A DNA stretch of 25,758 nt, from contig DASWMG010000292.1 in assembly GCA_036399875.1 (NCBI GenBank), positions 1 to 25,758 on the forward strand, read 5' to 3'. This document shows positions 1 to 7,269 of the stretch, one piece after another. The notes under the pieces are model-generated. The model was not told the DNA's origin, did not search any database, and saw only the letters and a list, made by a program, of their open reading frames with translations. The first letter of the stretch is position 1. Each line of letters opens with the position of its first letter. The DNA is from Solirubrobacterales bacterium (GTDB lineage Bacteria; Actinomycetota; Thermoleophilia; Solirubrobacterales; 70-9). The translations under genes and the position numbers were made by a program.

Positions 1-1155
1 GAGGCGCTCCCCGGCGTCGACGAGTAGCGCCCGACTCCCTTCGGACCCCGCACCGGACCCCGCACTGCCCGCGCGGCCCTGCCCGACCGCAGCTTCGATC
101 GAGGCGAAGCCCGACTCGCGCAGGAGGCGGGAGAGGCCGCGGTTGACGCGACGGGGCCAGAGCGGTCCGCCGTAGACGAAGCCGGTGTAGGTCTGGATCA
201 GGGAGGCGCCGGCGAGGATCCTCTCCCAGGCGTCCTCGGCGGTCTCGATCCCGCCCACCGAGACGATCGGGAGTCGCCCGCCGACCCGCTCGTGGAGCCT
301 TTTCAGGACGGCGACGGCGCGGGCCTGGAGCGGCGCTCCCGAGATCCCACCGCGCCCTTCGAGGCAGCTCTCGCTACCCGGCGCGACCGAGCGGTCGACG
401 GTGGTGTTGACGGCCACGATGCCATCGGCGCCGACCTCGAGCGCGGCTGCGGCGACCGCGTCGACTTCGGCGTCGTCCAGATCGGGCGAGATCTTGACCA
501 GCAACGGCACTCCCGGACGCACGCTCTCCGCCTCCTCGCGGGCGCCGCGGAAGAGCGCGATGAGCTGCTCGGCCGCCTGCATTCTCCTCAGGCCCGGCGT
601 GTTGGGCGAGCTGACGTTGAGGACGAGGTAGTCGGCGACGGGGGCCACAGCGCGCACAGCGCGGCGGTAGTCCTCGACCGCATCGGCCAGGTCCACCGTC
701 ATCGTCTTGCCGACGTTGACGCCGACGACGGCGCCTGGCAGGCGACGCCGCCCAAGCCGTTGCGCCACCGCGGCGGCGCCCTCGTTCGGAAAGCCCATCG
801 CGTTGACCAGGGCCCGCTCGCGGGGGAGGCGCGCAACCCGCGGCCGCGGGTTGCCGTCCTGACCGACCGCCGTCACCGAGCCGACCTCGACCGCGCCGAA
901 GCCGAGCGCGTGGAGGGCCTCGAACCAGGTGCCGCTCTTGTCGACCCCGGCGGCGCACCCGAGCGGCGTGGCGAAGTCGAGCCCGAGCGCCTTCACCCGC
1001 AGGGCCGGGTGGCGCGGGGCGAGCAGCCGGTGCAGCGCTCGCAGGACCGGCGCCGGGGCGGTCAGCGCCCGCAGCGAGAACGCCGCGACCCGGTGCGCCG
1101 TCTCCGCATCGATGCGGAGCGCGACGAGCAGTCCGAAGCAGGCGCGGTAGATCAC
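1..1155 (-). CDS. pyrD: Quinone-dependent (class 2) dihydroorotate dehydrogenase; 3' end runs off the window
   Basis: Translated by hand (absent from the ORF track because there is no stop in the window). GTG at 1155 gives MIYRACFGLL..., with motifs AAGVDK, EVGSVT, NAMGFPNEG, LNVSSPNTPGLR, VKISPD, NTT, GGISG, VSVGGI and QTYTGFVYGG. The start overlaps the HNH stop (GTGA, 1152-1155). Confidence 0.95.
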   Translation of the reverse strand, partial: MIYRACFGLLVALRIDAETAHRVAAFSLRALTAPAPVLRALHRLLAPRHPALRVKALGLDFATPLGCAAGVDKSGTWFEALHALGFGAVEVGSVTAVGQDGNPRPRVARLPRERALVNAMGFPNEGAAAVAQRLGRRRLPGAVVGVNVGKTMTVDLADAVEDYRRAVRAVAPVADYLVLNVSSPNTPGLRRMQAAEQLIALFRGAREEAESVRPGVPLLVKISPDLDDAEVDAVAAAALEVGADGIVAVNTTVDRSVAPGSESCLEGRGGISGAPLQARAVAVLKRLHERVGGRLPIVSVGGIETAEDAWERILAGASLIQTYTGFVYGGPLWPRRVNRGLSRLLRESGFASIEAAVGQGRAGSAGSGAGSEGSRALLVDAGERL

Positions 1156-1658
1156 GCCGCCGCCGGCAGGTATTGCTGCCAGGCCGGCGGGATCGACGGG
1201 GTCGCGACCTGGATGAAGACGGTCGGCGGCGGCGCCTTCGGGCGCTTGCGGGGGTGCATCTGGATCTCGCGCGGCAGGCGGTTGCCCTTGCGGCGGTTGC
1301 AGGCGGCGCAGGCGGCGACGATGTTCTCCCAGACCGATTTGCCGCCGCGGCTGCGCGGGATCACGTGGTCGACGGTGAGGCCGGACTTGCGCGAGCCGCA
1401 GTACTGGCACGTCCAGGCGTCGCGGGCGAGCACGGCACGCCGGGTGATCCGCCGCCGGTGCGCCTCGCGCGGCACCCGCACGTAGTTGACGAGCCGGATC
1501 ACGTCGGGCCGCTCCAGCGTCATCCGCTCCGAGTGGATCGCCCCTTCGCGCCTCTCCAGCATCTCAGCCTTTTCCTTGAGAAGCAGCACAGCCGCCCGTC
1601 GCAACGTGCACACGTTGATCGGCTCATACGTAGCGTTGAGTACGAGGACTCGTGCCAT
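1152..1658 (-). CDS. HNH endonuclease (actinobacterial McrA/HNH_5-like), 168 aa
   Basis: MARVLVLNATYEP...RDAWTCQYCG...TVDHVIPRSRGG...WENIVAACAACNRRKGN, with two CxxC pairs and HNH residues. ATG 1658 chosen over 1769 because GGAG and a TAGAAT box lie just upstream. Confidence 0.92.
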   Translation of the reverse strand: MARVLVLNATYEPINVCTLRRAAVLLLKEKAEMLERREGAIHSERMTLERPDVIRLVNYVRVPREAHRRRITRRAVLARDAWTCQYCGSRKSGLTVDHVIPRSRGGKSVWENIVAACAACNRRKGNRLPREIQMHPRKRPKAPPPTVFIQVATPSIPPAWQQYLPAAA

Positions 1659-1669
1659 GTTGCTCCAAG

Positions 1670-1675
1670 ATTCTA
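1670..1675 (-). promoter_or_regulatory. Putative SigA/HrdB-type -10 box TAGAAT for HNH-pyrD
   Basis: Minus strand reads TAGAAT-cttggagcaac-ATG. No clear -35. Confidence 0.5.
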
Positions 1676-1697
1676 CGCAGGCGCAAGGAGGTGCAGG

Positions 1698-1769
1698 GTG
1701 GGGGCACGCCCCGCCCGGACTCGCCCGCTTCGCTCGCTCTGAGTATCCGCCCGTTCGGGGCGCGCCCAC
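1698..1769. repeat. Intergenic imperfect palindrome (REP/REPIN-like doublet) between pheA and the HNH gene
   Basis: GGGCACGCCCCG (left) pairs with CGGGGCGCGCCC (right) at 11/12. Each end starts with GTGG on its own strand. Inner pairing GGACTC/GAG-TA-TCC. Confidence 0.55.
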
Positions 1770-1776
1770 GACCTGC

Positions 1777-2610
1777 TCAGCCGGCCGGATAGGACCCCAA
1801 GATGCGCACGGACTCCGCTTTCGTTCGCAGCGACGCGAGGGCCTCGGATATAGCTGGGTCGTCGGCCCTGCCTTCGGCGTCGCAGAAGAACATGTAACGG
1901 CCGAGGCCGCGGCGCAGTGGCCTCGACTCGATCCGCGAGAGATTGACGTCGCGACTCGAGAACTCCTGCAGCGCCTCGACCAGGGCGCCCGGGTGGTCGG
2001 CGCCCAGCTCCGAGAAGACGAGCGAGGTGCGCCAGTGCTCCCCGCCCGCCGCCGCGGTCCCCGCCGGCGCGATCCAGACGAAGCGGGTGACGTTGTCGGG
2101 CTCGTCCTCGATCCCCTCGCGCAGGACGACGCAGCCGTAGAGGTCGGCGGCGGCGCGGGCGCCGATCGCCGCCCAGGGCCGCACCGACTCGCCGACCATC
2201 CGCACGGCCTCGGCGGTGCTGCTGACGCTGCGCCGTTCGACCCCGGGCAGCTGCTCGCGCAGGAAGCGGGCGCACTGGGCCAGGGGCTGGGGGTGGGAAA
2301 GGACCGCGGCGACGTCCTCCAGCCCGACCCCCTCGCGGGCGATCAGGTGCGCGTGCACCTCGAAGTCGTGCTCTCCGACGATCGTCACCGCCTCCGCCTC
2401 GAAGGCGAGCGTGTCGAGCGTGCTGCGGACCGAGCCCTCGATCGAGTTCTCGAAGGGGACGAAGGCGCGCTCGGCCTCGCCGCGATCGACCGCGAGGATC
2501 GCGTCGGCGACGGTCGGCATGCGCAGCGACTCGATCTCCTCGCCCGGCGCCGCTTCGCGCAGAGCGTCCTCGGTGAAGGTCCCGGCTGGCCCCAGGTAGG
2601 CGACCCTCAT
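1777..2610 (-). CDS. pheA: Prephenate dehydratase with ACT domain
   Basis: YLGPAGTFT, PFENSIEGSV, DNVTRF and LSRIESRP motifs. ATGA overlap with the upstream gene. Confidence 0.97.
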   Translation of the reverse strand: MRVAYLGPAGTFTEDALREAAPGEEIESLRMPTVADAILAVDRGEAERAFVPFENSIEGSVRSTLDTLAFEAEAVTIVGEHDFEVHAHLIAREGVGLEDVAAVLSHPQPLAQCARFLREQLPGVERRSVSSTAEAVRMVGESVRPWAAIGARAAADLYGCVVLREGIEDEPDNVTRFVWIAPAGTAAAGGEHWRTSLVFSELGADHPGALVEALQEFSSRDVNLSRIESRPLRRGLGRYMFFCDAEGRADDPAISEALASLRTKAESVRILGSYPAG

Positions 2611-3638
2611 TCGAACGTGACCGTGAAGGCGTCCTCGTTGTTGTCGGAGATCTGCTCGCCCGGGACCGGCTCGGCCACGACTTCGAGCGTCACTTCGCCT
2701 TTCGGCGTCGGGACCAGTGGGATCGTCGCCGTCGCCGTTTCGCCGGCGCCGACGGTGCTGATCTCGCCCTGCAGGGTGGTGCCGCCGACGGTCACCGAGA
2801 CGGTCACCCCGTTCTCGGTCGATTCGCCCTGGTTTTCAACCGTCGCTTCCAGTTCGGGCGTTTCTTCGGCGCTGATCGAGACCGCTTCTTCGGACGACAG
2901 TTCGGTGCCGTCGATCGCGACGCCGGTCAGTTCGAGCCCGTGGACGCCCGGCGTCGCCGCCCCGGTCGCGCCGCTGACCTGGCTGAGGGCGTCGGCCACT
3001 TCGCTCTCGTCGAGCCACTTGGTGTCGTCGGGTACGAAGACGCTCTCCGGCACCTCCTCTTCGATCCCGTTGTCGGTGAGCGCCGCCTCCATCTCAGGCC
3101 GGACGACCGCGGCGTAGAGGACGTCGCTCGCAAGCAGCTTGCGGATTTGGTTGGCGATCGCGGCGGTCGCCCGCTCCGCCCCAACGTCGCCCAGGGCGGT
3201 GCTCATCTTCGCCGAGATTTCGGCCATCGCGTTTCCCCGCAGGGCGTAGGTCAGCTCCAGCGCCTCCTGCGCTTCGCTCATGTCGCCCGGCGCGTCGAGC
3301 CCGTCGATCCGCGAGAGGTAGTTGTCCATCGCGCTGCGGTCGGCTTCCACCTCGGCGACGAACTCGGTGACCGAGAGGCCGCCCGGGTCCGAGAGCTTGC
3401 CGAAGAAGCTCTTGCTCGTCTGGTCGGTCTCGTCGACGATCTGGGCGACGTCGGTGGCGTAGTCGCGCAGCGCCCGGTCCTTGCGCGCGTCGAGGCAGCC
3501 GCGCACGCCGAGCACCAGAAGGATCAGGATCAGCAGGCCGGCGCCGAGGGCGAGCCCCCGCCGCAGCATTATCTGCTGGCGTTCCGGGCGACGTTTGGGC
3601 CGCTGGCGCGGCGGGCGGGATGCGGGGGAATCCTCCAC
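2607..3638 (-). CDS. Single-pass membrane protein with a helical mid-region and a C-terminal CARDB/Ig-like domain
   Basis: GTG start with GGAG 8 nt upstream, basic N-terminus, TM GLALGAGLLILILLVLGV, and a C-terminal beta pattern (ATVENQGES...VTVSVTV...VPGEQISDNNEDAFTVTF) typical of CARDB. Confidence 0.8.
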   Translation of the reverse strand: MEDSPASRPPRQRPKRRPERQQIMLRRGLALGAGLLILILLVLGVRGCLDARKDRALRDYATDVAQIVDETDQTSKSFFGKLSDPGGLSVTEFVAEVEADRSAMDNYLSRIDGLDAPGDMSEAQEALELTYALRGNAMAEISAKMSTALGDVGAERATAAIANQIRKLLASDVLYAAVVRPEMEAALTDNGIEEEVPESVFVPDDTKWLDESEVADALSQVSGATGAATPGVHGLELTGVAIDGTELSSEEAVSISAEETPELEATVENQGESTENGVTVSVTVGGTTLQGEISTVGAGETATATIPLVPTPKGEVTLEVVAEPVPGEQISDNNEDAFTVTFE

Positions 3639-3772
3639 GAGCGGCTCTCCAAGCTGGTTGGCTGGGCGGGGAGAGTATGCACAGCGGACAGGTCGCCGCC
3701 GTCAGACCCCCCGCAAACGGTGACTTTTTTGCACCTCTGGCGCAGGAAAACCCGCTCCTCGCGGCGAAGTCG

Positions 3773-4693
3773 GTGGACGCTGTGGTGGGCTCGCTCGTAC
3801 TCGACCGGTTCCTGATCGAGCGTCGCATCGGCAGCGGCGGGTTCGGCGTCGTCTACGAGGCCTGGGACGGTCGGCTGGAGCGCAGCGTCGCCGTCAAGGC
3901 GATCGAGTCGCGCGGCGAGGCCCGCCGGCGGGTGCTGCGCGAGGCGCAGGCGGCGGCCCGGCTCAACCACCCCGGCATCGTCACCCTCTACGAGATGGGT
4001 GAGGAGGACGGTAACGCCTTGCTCGTCACCGAGATGGTCGAGGGCGGCACCCTCGCGACGCTCAGCGCCGACGCCGCCCTCAGCGACCGCGCAATCGCCG
4101 AGATCGGCGCCGACCTCTGCGAGGCGCTCGATCACGCCCACGCCCGCGGCGTCGTCCATCGCGACGTCAAGCCGCAGAACGTGCTGGTGGACGACCGCGA
4201 CGGGGAGCCCCGCGCCAAGCTGATGGACTTCGGCGTCGCCCGTCTTGCCGACGCGGCCGCGCTGACCGCCCCCGGCGACGTCGTCGGCACCCTCGCCTAC
4301 ATGTCGCCCGAGCAGGCGGAAGGCAGACCGGCCGGGCCCGAGGCCGACGTCTACTCGCTCGCCCTGACTTTGTACGAGTGCTGGGGTGGGGAGAACCCCA
4401 ACCGGCGCTCGACCCCCGCCGCCACCGCGCGGGCGATCGGCGCCCGGCCGCGGTCGCTGCGCCGCCTCCGGCCCGACCTGCCCCGTGAGCTCTGCGACAC
4501 GATCGACGCCTGCCTGGAGCGACGCCCCGGCAGGCGCCCCGGCCTGGAGGAACTCGGCGCGGCGATCGAGGACTCGCTCGACGACCTTGCCGACCAGGTC
4601 TCGTCCGCCTCGCCCTCGCTGGGGTTTCGCACCGCAGCAGCAGCGGCCGCGATCTTCGCCGGCGTCTGGCTGGCGGCCGGCCACGGCATCTAG
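3773..4693 (+). CDS. Hanks-type Ser/Thr protein kinase with a short C-terminal hydrophobic tail
   Basis: GSGGFG, VAVK, HRDVKPQN, DFG and GTLAYMSPE are all intact. Start uncertain (ATG 3677, GTG 3773 or GTG 3782). Codons in 3677-3772 (TTT TTT GCA CCT AGA) look non-coding, so 3773 is preferred. Confidence 0.9.
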   Translation: MDAVVGSLVLDRFLIERRIGSGGFGVVYEAWDGRLERSVAVKAIESRGEARRRVLREAQAAARLNHPGIVTLYEMGEEDGNALLVTEMVEGGTLATLSADAALSDRAIAEIGADLCEALDHAHARGVVHRDVKPQNVLVDDRDGEPRAKLMDFGVARLADAAALTAPGDVVGTLAYMSPEQAEGRPAGPEADVYSLALTLYECWGGENPNRRSTPAATARAIGARPRSLRRLRPDLPRELCDTIDACLERRPGRRPGLEELGAAIEDSLDDLADQVSSASPSLGFRTAAAAAAIFAGVWLAAGHGI

Positions 4694-4698
4694 ACATC

Positions 4699-4704
4699 TA
4701 GGAT
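4699..4704 (+). promoter_or_regulatory. Putative -10 box TAGGAT, leaderless layout for fhaA
   Basis: TANNNT followed by exactly 6 nt and then the inferred first codon (4711). Same geometry at 5526 and 23417. Confidence 0.55.
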
Positions 4705-4710
4705 TCCCCA

Positions 4711-5475
4711 ATCGGCGTCCTGCGCAACCTCGAGAGTCGGATCGAAGGCCTCGTCGAGGGGGTCTTCAGCCGTGCCTTCAGCTCCGAGGTGCAGCCAGTC
4801 GAGCTGGCCCGCAAGCTGGCCAAGGAGATGGACGCGAACAAGACCGCGGGAGTGGCCCGCGTCCACGTGCCGAACGAGTACACGGTTTACCTCTCCAGCC
4901 GCGATCGCAGCCGCCTCGAAGGCTACGAGCGCTCGCTCGAGCAGGAGTTGACCGGCTACCTGCTCGAGCATGCCCGCCGCCGCGGCTACGACCTGCTGAC
5001 CCGGCCGACCGTCAGCTTCGAGACCGACGAGCGACTGCGGCTCGGCGAGTTCGGCATCCAGGCCCGCCTCGTCAAGCCGCCCGCCCACGAGGGGGCCAGC
5101 CCCAGCCAGGGCGAGGAGGGGCACACGATGGTCTACTCAGCGGTGCGCGACGCGCAGCCGTCGGGGCAGGCAGCCGGTCGGGCCGAGGTGGCGACCCGCG
5201 CCGTCGTCTCGCTCGGCGATCGCCGCTACGTCCTCGACGGGCCGCGGGCGACGATCGGCAGGGCCAAGGACGCCGATTGCGTGCTGCGCGATCCCAACGT
5301 CTCGCGCCACCACGCGGAGCTACGTCGCTCGCCGTCGGGCGAGTGGACGATCGCCGACCTCGGCTCGACCAACGGCGTCAAGATCGACGACCGGCGCGTC
5401 TCCTCGGCGCGCCTGCGGGGCGGCGAGCGAGTGACCCTCGGCACGACGACGTTTCGGTTCGACGTCGAGCAATGA
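4711..5475 (+). CDS. fhaA: FhaA (DUF3662/DUF2662 N-domain plus C-terminal FHA)
   Basis: The conserved N-terminus (I/M)GVLRNLESRIEGLVEGVFSRAFSSEVQPVELARKL begins at ATC 4711, 26 codons before the ORF-track start 4789. FHA motifs IGR, VSRHHA and LGSTNG. Confidence 0.9.
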   Translation: MGVLRNLESRIEGLVEGVFSRAFSSEVQPVELARKLAKEMDANKTAGVARVHVPNEYTVYLSSRDRSRLEGYERSLEQELTGYLLEHARRRGYDLLTRPTVSFETDERLRLGEFGIQARLVKPPAHEGASPSQGEEGHTMVYSAVRDAQPSGQAAGRAEVATRAVVSLGDRRYVLDGPRATIGRAKDADCVLRDPNVSRHHAELRRSPSGEWTIADLGSTNGVKIDDRRVSSARLRGGERVTLGTTTFRFDVEQ

Positions 5476-5503
5476 GGACTAGGAGGGTTTCGCCTCCTAG
5501 TCC
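5476..5503 (+). terminator. Perfect 11-bp stem-loop right after the fhaA stop (terminator/attenuator-like, no U-tract)
   Basis: GGACTAGGAGG-gtttcg-CCTCCTAGTCC. Confidence 0.6.
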
Positions 5504-5525
5504 GGCGGCGATCTGGGGCCGTCAT

Positions 5526-5531
5526 TAGGGT
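5526..5531 (+). promoter_or_regulatory. Putative -10 box TAGGGT, leaderless layout for fhaB
   Basis: TAGGGT + 6 nt + GTG 5538, with no Shine-Dalgarno. Confidence 0.55.
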
Positions 5532-5537
5532 GCTGGC

Positions 5538-6011
5538 GTGGACTACGACCCCATCAGCGTCGCGCTGAAGTTCGGCTTCCTCGCCGTCCTCTACCTCTTC
5601 CTGCTCGGGATCGCCCGCAGCGCGCTCAAGGACCTGCGCCGCACGGTGGCGCCGGCCCCCGACGCCACCGGCTTCCACGCGGTCGCGCCGCTTGGCGACG
5701 CCCCCGCCAGCGCCGACGCCTGGCTGGTCGCGATCCGCGGCGGCGGCGTGCGCGAGGGGGAGCGCTTCGACCTGCTCGGCGGGCTCTCAATCGGGCGCTC
5801 GGCCGAGGCCGACCTGCGCATCGACGACCGTTACGCCTCCGGCATCCACGCCAGGATCTTCTCCCGCGATGGCAGGACCTACGTCGAAGACATGAAGTCG
5901 ACCAACGGCACGCTGCTCAACGACGCCAGCCTCTACGGCGAGGCCGAGCTGGTCGACGGCGACGTGGTGCGGATCGGCGACACCGAGTTCAGGTTCGAGG
6001 CGGGCCGGTGA
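5538..6011 (+). CDS. fhaB: FhaB/FipA: N-terminal TM plus FHA domain
   Basis: LKFGFLAVLYLFLLGI TM, FHA motifs IGR, ASGIHA and MKSTNGT, and canonical position in the operon. Confidence 0.92.
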   Translation: MDYDPISVALKFGFLAVLYLFLLGIARSALKDLRRTVAPAPDATGFHAVAPLGDAPASADAWLVAIRGGGVREGERFDLLGGLSIGRSAEADLRIDDRYASGIHARIFSRDGRTYVEDMKSTNGTLLNDASLYGEAELVDGDVVRIGDTEFRFEAGR

Positions 6012-6039
6012 GGCGCGCGCTCCGGGGCGGAGGCCGGCG

Positions 6040-7269
6040 ATGCTGCGGGTAGACGACCAGGCGTTCCGCACCGACACCGGCCGCCAGCGCAGCGAGAACG
6101 AGGACTCGTTCTACGTCCGTCCGCCGATCTTCGTCGTCGCCGACGGCATGGGGGGCGCCCAGGCCGGTGAGGTCGCCTCCAAGGCTGCTGCCGACGCCTT
6201 CGACCGCGACCTCCCCGACGCGCCGCCCGAGCGGGTCCTGCGCGAGACGATCGAGGCGGCCAACCGCGAGATCCACGAGCTCGCTCGCTCCGACCCTTCG
6301 CGGGCCGGAATGGGGACCACGATCACGGCGGCGATCGTCCACGCCGAGAGCGAAGAGGTCGGCATCGGCCATGTCGGCGACAGCCGCGCCTACCGTTTGC
6401 GGGGCGGCAAGCTCGAGCAGCTGACCCGCGACCACTCGCTGGTCGAGGAGATGCGGCGCAAGGGGCAGATCACCGACGCCCAGGCCGTCGACCACCCGCA
6501 GCGCTCGATCATCACCCGCGCCCTCGGTCCCGAGCCGCGGGTCGAGGTCGACGTGCACACCGTGCCGGCGGCTCCCGGCGACGTCTTCATGCTCTGCTCC
6601 GACGGCCTGACGACCATGGTGGACGAGGAGAAGATCGCCGCCGTGCTCGGCGGCGCCCGGTCGATGAAGGAGGCGGTCCGCGCGCTTGTCGACGCCGCCA
6701 ACAAGGCGGGCGGCCGCGACAACATCACGGCGCTCGCCTTCCGGGTCGAGGACGCCGCCGCGCCCCGCCGCGCCGCCGCCAACGACGACGCTGGCGACGC
6801 GACGCTGGTCGGCTCCGCCGCCGAGGAGGCGGGCCTCACCGCGACCGAGGTGCGCAAGCGCGCCGCCGCCGCGGCGGCGAGGGAGCGCCGCGAGCAGCTC
6901 GCCGCGCAGCCGCGCCGCCGCCCGCTGCGCACGGCGGCCAAGGCGCTCGCGACGCTTGCGCTCCTCGCCGTGCTCGTGTTCGGCGGCTGGTACGCGAGCC
7001 GCCAGGTCTGGTTCCTCGGCACCGACGAGGCGGGCCGCGTCGCCCTCTACCGCGGCTTCCCCTACGAGCTGCCGCTGGGGATCGAGCTCTACGAGGAGCG
7101 CTACGCGAGCCCGATCCAGACTGCCTCGCTCGCCGGCAAGCGCCGCGACGCGGTCACCGGCCATGAGCTGCGTTCGCGCGAGGACGCCGTCTCGCTGGTC
7201 GAAGAGATCGAACGCGGCCAACTGAGGGCCCCGCCGAGCGAAGACCGCGCTCCCGCCCCGAAATCGTGA
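6040..7269 (+). CDS. pstP: Membrane-anchored PP2C-family Ser/Thr phosphatase (PstP/Stp1)
   Basis: RSENED, VADGMGG, HVGDSRAY, LCSDGL and GGRDNIT motifs, a TM near the C-terminus, and GGAGG 6 nt before the ATG. Confidence 0.95.
   Translation: MLRVDDQAFRTDTGRQRSENEDSFYVRPPIFVVADGMGGAQAGEVASKAAADAFDRDLPDAPPERVLRETIEAANREIHELARSDPSRAGMGTTITAAIVHAESEEVGIGHVGDSRAYRLRGGKLEQLTRDHSLVEEMRRKGQITDAQAVDHPQRSIITRALGPEPRVEVDVHTVPAAPGDVFMLCSDGLTTMVDEEKIAAVLGGARSMKEAVRALVDAANKAGGRDNITALAFRVEDAAAPRRAAANDDAGDATLVGSAAEEAGLTATEVRKRAAAAAARERREQLAAQPRRRPLRTAAKALATLALLAVLVFGGWYASRQVWFLGTDEAGRVALYRGFPYELPLGIELYEERYASPIQTASLAGKRRDAVTGHELRSREDAVSLVEEIERGQLRAPPSEDRAPAPKS

Noticed and set aside
1-120. pyrD C-terminal Gly/Ser tail with no stop
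   Set aside because: Truncated by the window edge, so a fusion or extension cannot be judged.
292-1485. Long plus-strand ORF and similar shadow ORFs (1486-3117, 3569-4711, 5989-7221, 7101-8672, 8470-10596, 10671-12578, 14491-15594, 19873-22017)
   Set aside because: Antisense or off-frame to well-supported genes, Arg/Gly-rich and without motifs. Stop codons are scarce at high GC.
1152-1658. HNH as a homing endonuclease or defence-island marker
   Set aside because: No intron or intein context, no methylase or other defence genes, and host-like codon usage.
3674-3679. CATACT -10 box for the CARDB gene, or ATG 3677 as kinase start
   Set aside because: The two readings overlap and neither has enough support to call.
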